Assembly: GCF_018977255.1 (NCBI RefSeq)
Contig: NW_024704742.1
Coordinates: 434,001 to 498,000, forward strand
Source of the DNA: Callorhinchus milii
Lineage: Eukaryota
Length of the DNA stretch: 64,000 nt
Direction: 5' to 3'
The number at the start of each line of letters is the position of its first letter. Position 1 is the first letter of the stretch. Positions 35,893 to 46,973 of this stretch are shown in pieces. A model generated the notes under the pieces. It was not told the origin of the DNA, searched no databases, and was given only the letters and a program-made list of their open reading frames with translations. Made by a program: the position numbers and the translations under genes.

Positions 35893-38052
35893 CTGTAAAA
35901 TACAACACCTGTTATACTTTGTTTATAGGGGGGTTGATACCCTTATAGTACATAAGGTGACCCTGTGCTTTGCCACCTGATGTTAATGTTATTTGTGGGT
36001 GGGGGGGTCGGGGAGATTTTTAAGTGGACAAATTTCTATGTTCAAGAAGGTTAAATGTATTAATAAGCTGGTCAATGCATATTCATAAAGACTTGGATCT
36101 TAGTTGAAATCAGATACTGTCTTTGAAGAGCAGTACAGTACTATATTTGTGGGTGCAATCTATGTTGCAGTATGAAACCCAAAGCTTTTGCACTTACCAC
36201 TGTCTGGAATGTTTTCATGTTTGAGATTATGATGCTTGCAGGCTTTTTGCAGCTTGGAAGTTTGCATTTATGCTTTAAAGTTGTAAGTCCTTCCTCAAAG
36301 CAAATCAGCGAACAGTTGGGCTAGAGAAGAAAAAAAATAACAAAGTTAGATGACATATTCTGCAGAATAATGACAGCTGCAAACATTTTCAAGGAATTCA
36401 TTTTATTAAAATTTGGTATATACTTCAAATAATACATTTTACTTTGTTTAATCATTGGGAATATAGAAATTATTTTGCAATTTTGAGGTCTACTCTTATC
36501 GCTTCCTAAACCAGTTTCAGAAAACGTTTAAACCCAAATATCTAAATTGAGAGATTTAAATTTAAACGCACCTCTGTTTACCGAGAAGTGAGTAGGAACC
36601 CAGTTGTCAGTCCATTGGCAGATCGCTATCTGGGAGTACTAATCCCTCCCCCACAAAAATAATAATAATTTCATCCCTCAATCCACAATTGTTTGTGGGA
36701 CGTGGGATCTGCTGTGCGCAATTGGCTGTGCTTTCGCCCACAAAATACAATCCACCTTTACAGTATATTCTGTTAAGCGCCTTGAGACGTCTCAACGGCA
36801 CGATAAGGCATTATATCAAATGCACGGATCATTTTTATATCGCAATGTAACATTACGGAACAAGTTCAAGCACAGGATGTTTAACTATTAATGTTCTAAA
36901 ATTATACTATACACTTGGACTAAAATGCAAAATGTGATTTCCTAAAGAGTCGTCTCTTAGGAGATAATCACAGCCTAGGCTGACACTCCAGTATAGTACT
37001 GGAAAATATTGTTGGAGATATAGGTTACCGTGACAGGAATTTCCAACCCCTTTTCTTTCTAAATTATCCTGTTTGGGCCAGATAAATAATTGCACCTGAT
37101 TGTTTTGCAATTTTCTAATACATTATGGAATTGCTTTCTTTTGCAATATTCAGTCATTCATATAGTCGTACCCTATACAATGCATCTTCACACTCCTAAG
37201 GAATATTTCACCAAGTTTTGCTTCTCTTTATAAGTAATCATAATCCTTGCATTTGACTTAGCGCCTTATCACATCATCGAGACATCTCAAAGCGTTTCCC
37301 ACGATCGACTGTAAAAATGTTATGACTGGGTGCGTTTTGTAGATGAGTGCATCAGCCAAGTTGCACACAAACAGCTTACAAACTGCCATGGACTTTCGTT
37401 TGAGAGAAACTCCCTTCTCTTTCGAATAATGCCATAGAATCTTTAGCGTTCGCCTGAACAGGCAAACAGGACCTCAGTTTAACGTCCCCTCCGAATGACG
37501 GCAACTCTGCCAGTGCAGCAAACCCCAGGAGTGTCAGCACAGATTATATGAGTTCCAAGTCCCGAACCTACAACCTTCTGACTCAGAGGCAAGTGCTACC
37601 AACTGTGCAAGGTTTGACGCACTTTATATAATACTGTGAGATAAGACTATGAGTTCAGTTGTTTTTAAATCCTGCTGACACTAATGTTTTTTTTAACTGG
37701 AAGAGTAATTCTAAAATAGTGCTAAAAACGTTCAAATAGATGCTTACCTCCAGGATCACAGGAGTGCGTATTAAGTCTTGCGAATTCATGAGATATTGAT
37801 CGTTCTGGAATAAAACAAAGTGATTCATTGTTAGTAGGTGCAAAAAATAAATCTGTAGCAGTAAATATATCTTAACGTACGTATTTACATATGTCAAGAT
37901 AAGCTTAAAACCCCTCTTACCTTCAGAAGTGTTTGTAGCTCCTTGGTCTTCAAGATCATTTCACGAAGCAAATATTTAAATTTGGTACCATCGTCACCTA
38001 TCGCTGTGGTGAACGTCAGCACAGTGAAGAATAAGCACAGTAACTTAGGCAT
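35752..38052 (-). CDS. IL2: Interleukin-2 (IL-2/15/21 family short-chain four-helix cytokine), 4 exons, 150 aa precursor
   Basis: Exons 38052-37921, 37804-37748, 36320-36198 and 35892-35752 have canonical GT-AG introns, all phase 0. Protein: MPKLLCLFFTVLTFTTAIGDDGTKFKYLLREMILKTKELQTLLK/NDQYLMNSQDLIRTPVILE/PNCSLICFEEGLTTLKHKCKLPSCKKPASIIISNMKTFQTV/EGSQRCEFKQKKIPEFLLALKVFLQRNYKTAQKHVSSTGMKSKPYV*. It has a signal peptide and the motifs LICFEEGL, IISNM and CE...EFL...FLQ. It lies tail-to-tail with ADAD1 and has an IL2-type promoter and AU-rich 3'UTR. Confidence 0.85.
36198..36320 (-). CDS. IL2: IL2 exon 3 (helices B and C), 41 codons
   Basis: ttttcttctctag acceptor; GTG|gtaagt donor. Confidence 0.88.
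36570..36830 (+). mobile_element. 5'-truncated SINE in IL2 intron 2
   Basis: Long-subfamily body and tail. Confidence 0.75.
37240..37620 (-). mobile_element. Deu-domain SINE in IL2 intron 2
   Basis: cctgaacaggc...ggacctcagtttaacgtc...tccgaa.gacggca...caaccttctgactcagaggc. Confidence 0.78.
37748..37804 (-). CDS. IL2: IL2 exon 2 (AB loop), 19 codons
   Basis: ttttattccag acceptor; GAG|gtaagc donor. Confidence 0.88.
37921..38052 (-). CDS. IL2: IL2 exon 1 (signal peptide + helix A), 44 codons
   Basis: aatcATG start; AAG|gtaaga donor. Confidence 0.88.
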
Positions 38053-38109
38053 GATTGAGACAGTGACTGCTCTGTGGACTATTCTGATAGATTTCAGAGT
38101 GTAACGGTG

Positions 38110-38360
38110 AAGGGATTTTATACCCTTTGTGGAGGTAGGGGGGAAATCGTAGGAGTTTTAATAGTCATTAATTTAGCAACCTGTGTCTCTCGTGAAGGAT
38201 GAATATTTTCCTCTTTGATGACTATTTTGGAAATTTTTCAAATTTGGCAATTCTAAACTTCATGATGGTAAAATCCCTTTGCTCAAACCTGCGTGTAAAC
38301 CACCAAAACCAATGGAGGTTGTGCTTATGATGCATGCCTACAATTTTCCTTCCTTTGAGA
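38110..38360 (-). promoter_or_regulatory. IL2 proximal promoter: TATA, NFAT, AP-1-like, CD28RE-like, NF-kB, distal NFAT
   Basis: On - strand: TATAAAA 38122-38116; AGAGGAAAA 38214-38206; ATAGTCA 38225-38219; GAAAAATTTCC 38239-38229; GGGATTTTACC 38277-38267; GGAAGGAAAATTG ~38353-38341. Confidence 0.8.
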
Positions 38361-38510
38361 AAAAAAACCCTTTCAAAATGCTTAAGAGATGCAATCACTG
38401 AGAGAAAAAGAGATAAGCTTTTAAAAAAAAAGAGTTTGTACTTGTTTGTTCTCTAAATAACTAGAGAAGTATTTCCTGTTATCAAATGATCTGTTTGCTA
38501 TATCATCTTT

Positions 38511-38821
38511 GGAGTCCTGTAGCTCAGTGGTTAGAGCACTCGCTTTGCAAACGAGAGACCTGAGTTCAATTCCAGGCAGAGGGCGAAACCTTGGGCAAGT
38601 TTCCTTACTCCACACAGAGCCTAATAATAATCCCTATCATTAAAACAAAACAATAATAAATTGGTCATTTTCAATCCACGACTGTTTGTGGGACATTGCT
38701 GTGCGCAATTGGCTGCCGCGTTCACCCACAAATATACAGTCAATTCACTTTACAGTGTGTTCTGTGAAGCGTTTTGGGACGTCCTCCCGACGTGAAAAGC
38801 GCTATATCAAATGCAAGGATT

Positions 38822-38830
<9 letters not shown>
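38511..38830 (+). mobile_element. Young full-length SINE (short subfamily) just upstream of the IL2 promoter
   Basis: Near-identical to 9355-9680. Confidence 0.9.
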
Positions 38831-39164
<334 letters not shown>

Positions 39165-39264
39165 GAACCTGTTCTGAATACATAGATAATGCTGGCATAT
39201 TAATACCAAGTTTTCAGGAAAAGTGTTAACAGAAGTGTATAATAATATATTATATTATAACTGT

Positions 39265-39877
39265 ATAATAATAATAATTCCTACATTTGATATAGCACCT
39301 TTTCAAAGTGCTTCACAGAATACACTGCAAAGTGAATTGACTGTATATTTTATGGGTGAAACGCGGCAGCCAATTGCGCACAGCAGCGTCCCCACAAACA
39401 GCCGTGGATTGAAATGACCAATTTATTATTCTTTTTTTTTTGGAGGAATTATTACCCCCCGTAAAGCGATCCGCCAATCAACTAACAACCGGGTTCCTAC
39501 TTACCGCTAGGTAAACTGAGGCGTGTGGAGTAAGGAAACTTGCCAAACATTTCGCCCCGCCTGGGAATCAAACCCAGGTTGCCCTTGCGAGGCGAGTGCT
39601 CTAACCACTGAGCTACAGGACTCTTATTATTATCATCATAGTTTCCTTACTCCACACAGAGCCTAATAATAATCCCTTCAAAAACCAAAAACAATAATAA
39701 ATTGGTCATTTTCAATCTACGACTGTTTGTGGGACATCGCTGTGCGCAATTGGCTGCCGCGTTCGCCCACAAATATACAGTCAATTCACTTTACAATATG
39801 TTCTGTGAAGCGCTTTGGGACGTCCTCCCTACGTGAAAAGCGCTATATCAAATGCAAGGATTATTATTATTATTATA
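39265..39877. mobile_element. Two adjacent SINEs: long subfamily on - (39265-39623) and headless short subfamily on + (39640-39877)
   Basis: Body and tail matches in opposite orientations. Confidence 0.82.
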
Positions 39878-40207
39878 TATCATTATTATCATGCGATCTG
39901 TGCATGTGTATATACATGTGGGTGTACATATGTATATACCTTACAGACACTAAGCACAGTTTTTACAAAAAAAACACGTTAGCAAATCTATTTATCTTCC
40001 CCTTCAATAGTTTCCTGTCCTCTTCACCTGAAGGTAGTGCCACATGCCTGAGGAGATAGTCCACAGGAGCTGGCAGACCTGTGGTACTTTACCTAAGCGG
40101 CCACGGATTGTATTTGAGCCCGGACTCTAAGTGCTGGTGGGGTATTCAAATATCCAACGAGGCACTACAGCCGAGAACAATCTTGGGAGTAAAATTTCAC
40201 CTGGTCT

Positions 40208-40565
40208 AGTCCTGTGGCTCAGTGGTTAGAGAACTCAACTCACAAGCGAGAGGACCTGGATGCAATTCCCGGGCAGGGTGATACCTTGGGCAAGTTTCCT
40301 TACTCCACACGCTTCTGTTTACCAGCAGTAAGTAGGAATCTGGTTGTTAGTCGATTGGTGGATCAATTTTCCGGGGGTAATAATTCCTTCAAAAATAGAT
40401 TTAAAAAATAATTTGGTCACTTCAATCCACAGCTGTTTGTAGGACACTGCTGTGCGCCCACAAAATATACAGTCAATTCACTTTACGTATATTCTGTGAA
40501 GCGCTTTGAGACGTCTCGAAGACGTGATAAGGCACTTTATCAAATGCAAGGATTATTATTATTTA
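40208..40565 (+). mobile_element. tRNA-derived SINE (long subfamily)
   Basis: agtcctgtggctcagtggttagag head; tail. Confidence 0.85.
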
Positions 40566-42767
40566 TGTTGCATTTTAGAGGTCCAGAATTTGATAAATTG
40601 TTGAATTCAGGCATAACTTTGAAGTTGTTTTCTTATTGTTGTCAAAAGCACGTACAGAAAATCAATTTCAAAATTAAAGCTGTATTCAAGAATTTGCCAA
40701 AGTCTGTACCCGTTGAAACGAGAGTAAATCTCGACCTGGTTGGAATTTTACCCCACGTGGAATCATAGAACCTTACAGCACAGAATGATGCCAAGAGCTT
40801 TCCAACTGGTCCCACCCCCCAACCCCTCTCTTACTCCGTAGCCTTCCAAATTTTTCCTTTTCAAGTACCTGAACAATTCCCTTTTGAAACCTACTATCGA
40901 ATCCGCTGCCATCACCCTTTCAGGCAATACATTCCAGACCATTACAGCTCTAAACAACGTGTTCTCAATCAATGCTCATGTGTGGACACTTTTCAGCAGA
41001 CGTCACTGCAATCCTGAAATTTCTTGGGGCTTAAGACCAATGTCTTCCACTCTTCCTCTATCCTTCCGTCTTGCCCCCTTCTTCCCCATCTTCAGGTCGC
41101 ACCAGAAGACCTTCCTATTCGACCAGTGCCCATGGTCACCTCTCCCCCACCCTCCCCCCGCCCCCCCCACCGGGCTCGGTGTTGTGTTGTCGAGTGCTCT
41201 AGGACCACTACCCTGCGTGAGGGGTGTGATATGAATGCGAGTTGTTGTTGTTGTCTTAAAATTTAAGATTGTGCAGAATTTTGGAACTTGAGGCTTAACT
41301 TGGAGAACGATTTCCCAGAGCTCCGAAAACAAACTGCAAAAACCTGAGTTGCAAACGTAAAATTTAAGAATATTTTACCCGGTTGTTAGTCGCTTTGCGG
41401 GTGGCTTTTCCAGGGGGTAATAATTCCTTCAAAAAAAAAATTGGTCACTTCAATCCACGACTGTTTGTGGGACGCTGCAGTGTGCGAATTGCTGCCTCGT
41501 TTTGCCCGCAAAATATACCGTCAATTCACTTTACAGTATTTTCCCAGCACAATTCTAATTTTAAGACTTAATCATTAGGTTTTGTCTTAAAGTTAAGAAG
41601 CTGGGAAAATGTGGAGAAATAAGTGTTAAGTTGAAGGTGTCCATCAAATGTATTCTTCCAATTGTAATTTTGCTCGTTAAAACACGTAAAGAAATGAGCT
41701 GTGGCATGTATTATTTGTTAACTTTCTGATTGACATTATTTTAGCCACAACACAAGGAAAAGAACAGTAGGTTAGTGAGTGCTCTTTGATCAGTGCTTTT
41801 GTTGAATTCTTAGATAGTATTTCAAAGCGCCCAGTATCCTAGCTGAGGCACCCATGATTTGCATAAGTAACATCAGCAAACGCTGAAAAGATTGTCAGAG
41901 GAAATTACGTCAGAAAAATGACTCCAAAGTGTGATATGGTAAGCAGCATTACCGCAAGCACTGCTATGTGTTGGCTGGTGGGTGAGCAGTAATTATTACG
42001 GGGGAAGAATGTTAGAATGTCATCCCTTAGAGCTAAGGCTCTTGTACAAATGTATAAATAAAGGTGGGGGGGGGGAGGGGAGCATATTTTTATGCAAAGC
42101 ACATAGATCATTAATCTTGAATCTCTTGTGTGGGCTTATTGAAAAAACCTGTGGGAAACTTACAAGAAATTAGTCTTATAATAAACTCAAAAGAAGATTC
42201 ATATCTTCCAAAATCATAATGGAATGTGTGTTTCTATTGGTGAAACTTATCCACTTACCTGCAGTGGAACGTAGCATGAGGTGTAGGCTGGCTGGGTGCT
42301 AAACAGCATCGGTTTTCTTTTGGTCTTAATAATGCTTACATTTTGTGTCGTGCCCTTGGGAGGATGTCTCAAAGCTCTTCACAGCACATATTGTAAAGTG
42401 TTAGTCTTCACTGATAAGTGGGAGCAGTATTAGCAAAACGTTTTGTTTTAGTACTTCAGGTATCTTTGCAATTGATTAATAGATATTTAATACTTTAAAG
42501 TGAGACCGCAGTGTAAAGAGATATGCATATTTGGAGGTTGCTTCTCGTTTGCCTTTTCTTCGGTGGGTTGTGACAAGACTGGCTACTGAAGAGACAGGTG
42601 CACAGAAGCAAAGCCCTCCACCTCTGTTTTTCTGGGGAGTAGAGTGTGAGAGGATTGCAAAGACTGTCCTCAACTGTCTTACAGTGCTTGAATTGACCCA
42701 TTTGCAACTCCTAGAAACTAAATTATGTTATAATAATAATTCCAATAAGCTTAGACTGTGAGCTCAA

Positions 42768-43090
42768 ATAATAATAGCAATAATCCTTGCATTTGATATA
42801 GCGCTTTTCACATCTTCTCGACGTCTCAAAGTGCTTCACAGAATAGACTGGAAAGTGAATTGACTGTAAATTTGTGGGCGAACGCGGCAGCCAATTGCAC
42901 ACAGCAATGTCCCACACACAGCCGTGGATTGAAAATGACCAATTTATTATTGTTTGTGGTTTTGGAGGGATTATTATTAGGCTCTGTGTGGAGTGAGGAA
43001 ACTTGCCCAAGGTTTCGCCCTCTGCCTGGAATTGAACTCAGGTCTCTCACTTGCAAAGCGAGTGCTCTAATCACTGAGCTACAGGACTCC
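42768..43090 (-). mobile_element. Young full-length SINE (short subfamily)
   Basis: Reverse complement near-identical to 9355 and 38511. Confidence 0.9.
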
Positions 43091-44071
43091 AAAGTCTTGT
43101 TGTGGGGCTTGTACCCATAACCTTCTGACTCACAGCGAGAGTGCTACCCACTGAGCCAGGCTGACAAATGGGTAGTAATGAGATCAACAGTACACAGCCT
43201 TCCCCCTGTTGCTGTTTCGGGATGGTGTCAGGATTCGGAACCTCTGGGATTGTTGTGGCCAATCGACAAACCAAATCAAACGAATGGTTTGTGAAAAAAT
43301 TCACACGAAACATAATTGCAATGAATTTGTCAAACATTAAACAACAACAAAATTATATTTGTGTAGTGCCTTTCACGTCGTGAGTCCCATAGTGTCCTAT
43401 AAACTCTGAAACTCTGATTGCTTTATGCGTTGCTGATAAATGTCTGTAGATGCTGTGCTTCGAATTGAATGACCTATTCATACCTTGCAGATTTATCATA
43501 GTTACCTTTAATATTGTAGGTCACAACATCGCACTAAAACCGAAAACTGTAGCACACCTGACCTAGAATGAGAGTAGGATGTTGCTATGCCCTTACCAGC
43601 AATGGAAAATGAGACTTATGATTGCAACGTGCTTTTTTTGCACAATGCAATCCAAATAGACAACTTGCAAAACAGAATATTGGATGGCATACATAGAGGA
43701 TGAAGGTACTTCTTGCTACTCTTTTCTGCAAGTCAGTGGTACTGTTCTGATTGTTTTCAGACATAAACTGCCGTATTCGACCACAAATCAACAAAATGCT
43801 CAGCATTAATCATCTGAGGTAGAAATCTTGATTTTCTGGTGAAATGGGGATAACACGTGGCAGGTAGGGACAACTGAAACTGGCATAGAGTTGCCCGCTT
43901 TTTGAGAATTGGAAATGTCAACCCAGAAGTCACAGACTAAACCCAGGTCACGCCAGTGTTTCTATTGCCCAATGCACAAACTCTGCACATAAAGGACATA
44001 GGCAAGGAATGGTTGGGAGGAAGTTCCACAAGGAAAAGAATGATGTGTGTGTAGTGCACGTGTGTGTGTTT

Positions 44072-44582
44072 CAAAACTCATTCAAAACTCTGCCGCCCGC
44101 ATACTGACCCGGACCAAACTCCGTCCCCACATCTCACCAGCTCTGGCCCAGGCTCCACTGGCTCCCCATCACCGAACGGATCAACTTCAAGATCCTCTCA
44201 CTCTTGAGTTCAAATCCCTTCACTCCCTGGCCCCTCCCTCCCTCCCTCTCGGACCTCCTGACTCCCCAATCCACCACCCGGCGCCTCCATTCGACTGGCC
44301 CCAGCTCCTGCTTGTCCCTCGCACCCTCTGCCCCACCATCGGAGGTCGTGCCTTCAGCCACTGTGCCCCGAACCTCTGGAACGCTCTCCCTCAGTCCCTC
44401 CGGCCTTGCCTCCTTTCTCCCCTCTTTCAAAGTCCTGCCTGAAAACCTTCCTTTTCGATATGCTTACAGCCACCTCCCCCCTCCCCCCGGCTCGGAGTCA
44501 GGCTCCGGCATTGTTAAGCTCTGAGATACTGCCCTGCGTGGAGGGCGCTATATAAGTGCGAGTTGTTGTTGTTGTTGTTGAT
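44072..44582 (+). mobile_element. L2 LINE 3' fragment
   Basis: LIQNSAARILTRTK..HISP, then lhWLPI/INFKI in shifted frame, GGRAFSHCAPNLWNALP; tail ggagggcgctatataagtgcgag(ttg)n. Confidence 0.88.
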
Positions 44583-45374
44583 GTTTTTTGAGGTCTGCCT
44601 GCATCACTTCTTCACATGGATCGCCGAATTTGGAGTTTGGATGAAGAAAGCTGTTTAGTTCATTTGCATTTGGTATACAGTGCCTTTCACGTCAGGAGAA
44701 TATCTTGAAGTGCTTCACATTATTTTACAGTGAAGTGGAGTGACTGTGTATTTGTAGGGAAGCGGGGCAGCCCAATTGTGCACAGCAATGTCCCACAAAC
44801 AGCCATGGAGTGAGTGAATGATCACATTTATTTGGCGAGTGGAGGGAGGGGTGTTATTGGCCAGGACACCAGGAGAATCTTCTTTCTCTTTTCGAAAACT
44901 GCCGTGGAATCTTTACCATCCATCTGAACAGGTAGGCAGTACCTCGCGTTCACATCCCCTACAGTGGACAGGATCACATTTGAGTTACTATTTTTTTTAT
45001 TGGGTTTCCAGTGATGAAATGTTTTTTTACACTGAGTCTGTGGGTTTCACACCCATTAAAAATCAAGCAGAAATATACTTCCTCTTTCAGCCATTTGTGA
45101 ACTCTCAAAATGAAAATTAATTACCAGTTTCCCAACTACTCCAATGTAGAAACCTAATTGTTGTTAGTGCCCACTGTCTCCCTGGCATCTCACAATATTA
45201 ATAATAAAATTCATCCTTGCTTTTGATACAGCACCTTATCACGTCTTTGAGACGTCTCAAAGCGCTTCACAGGATATACTGTAAAGTGAATTGTCCACAT
45301 ATTTTGTGGGCGAAACAAGATCACAAGGTGGGTTTGGATGAAGAAGAAAAGAAAAACGCCTTAATATCTATCTA

Positions 45375-45590
45375 TCCCCCAGTGCCTTCGCCTCGCTTCC
45401 TCCCTTTCCTCCTTCAAGGCCGGTCTCAAGACCTTTCTCTTTGACCTTCAGCCTTCAGCTCCCCTCTCGACTCTCTACCCCCTCCTCGCTCCCTCGCTTC
45501 TCTCCCCTCCCCTCACCCTGACGATTTCCACCCTGCTCATGTCCCGACGTGAAAGGCGCTCTATAAATGAAATCTTGTTGTTGTTGTTTA
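45375..45590 (+). mobile_element. L2 3' end closely related to 8700-9225
   Basis: ccttcaaggccggtctcaag...tctctttgaccttcagccttcagctcc shared nearly verbatim. Confidence 0.8.
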
Positions 45591-46609
45591 TCAAATGCAA
45601 GCATTATTATTATTATATCATTATCTTTAGACATAGGGCTTGTTTTGCTAAGTGCAAAGGATTGTGTTGACCCACACGAAGCTTTGAGTCCTAAATCCAG
45701 CAGTCAACGACTGCTCTACCAAGGACAATGTGTAATGTAGAGCTCAGGATGTCCCATTCAGAAAATCTCATGCCTTTACCATTGCACCGGGACCTATTCA
45801 TAGTCCTATCACTTTTAATCCTTTGATGTCGAGCCTTCCTATCATTGTGAAGCAGAATTCACCAAGCATTGGATTGTTTGCCCATTAATAGGGAATGTAA
45901 ACCCGGATTAGACTCTAGTGTTTGGGTTAGTGAGACAGAGTAGGTTTACTCTACTGATGATGTATTATGCAATAGCAATCCTGCTCAAATTTGACCGAAT
46001 ATATGCAAGCCACAACCAATATCTCACTGATTCGACATACAACACAGCTTTCCTTGTGGTACTGTTTCTGACACCTCCTGATAACACCCCCCACCCCCAA
46101 AAAAAACATTTATTTCATTGAATAGAGTGGTGGCAGAATCCTAAATCCTCCCCCCCCCCCCCCCCATCTTTAGTCGAAGAAGCTGCGGTGTGATCTGGAG
46201 CAGGTTTGGATGTCTGGCTCACATTGCTCATTGGGCACATGGGAATGTAATATAGAGCTGATTGTGATATACATAATTCACTACTTTATAAACTGATGAA
46301 ACTGACCTCCTACTGTATGATTAGTCGCCCTTTTGTTTGAATCAAAGGCAAGTGAGAGCTCAGTGACTAACTGACCTTCAGAACAAGGTAGATCTGAGCG
46401 AGAGAATAATTCCTCCCACGGAGGTTTACTAGGGGAGGTTAAGCTTTACCTCAGGAACCATTTGCTCAGCACATGTGTGTGTGTGTGGGTGGGGAAAGGG
46501 TTGGTGGGGGAGGGGGGGAGAGGCTGAAGAAATTAGAGAAAGCCATGGGAAAATTATTTCTCAACCGAAATCATTTGAACAAGAAAGTTTTTTGGTGAGG
46601 AAACTTACG

Positions 46610-46955
46610 TGGAGGCTGTAGCTTAGTGGTTAGAGCACTCAGCTCGCAAGCAATAAGATCTGGGTCCGATTCCCGGGCCAGGCGAAATGTTTCCTTACTT
46701 ACTCCACACGCTTCTCTTTACCTAACAATAAGTAGGAACCCAGTTGTTAACCAATTGGCGGATTGCTTTTCTGGGGATAATAAACCCTTCAACAGAAAAT
46801 GTTACCACTCAATCACGACGGTTTGTGGGGACGCTGCTGTGCGCAATTGGCTGCTGTGTTTTGCCCACAAAGTATGTAGTCAATTCACTTTACAGTATAT
46901 TCTGTGAAGTGTTTTAAGGAGCTTAATCAAGTGCAAGGATTTATTCGTATTATTA
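46610..46955 (+). mobile_element. tRNA-derived SINE (long subfamily)
   Basis: ctgtagcttagtggttagagcactc head and body. Confidence 0.82.
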
Positions 46956-46973
46956 TGCATTCAGGTATACATG

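Noticed and set aside
43585..43806. Cys-rich minus ORF (CHPIFCFASCL) with a gtaagg donor, superficially like cytokine exon 3
   Set aside because: No polypyrimidine acceptor and no partner exons; likely chance.
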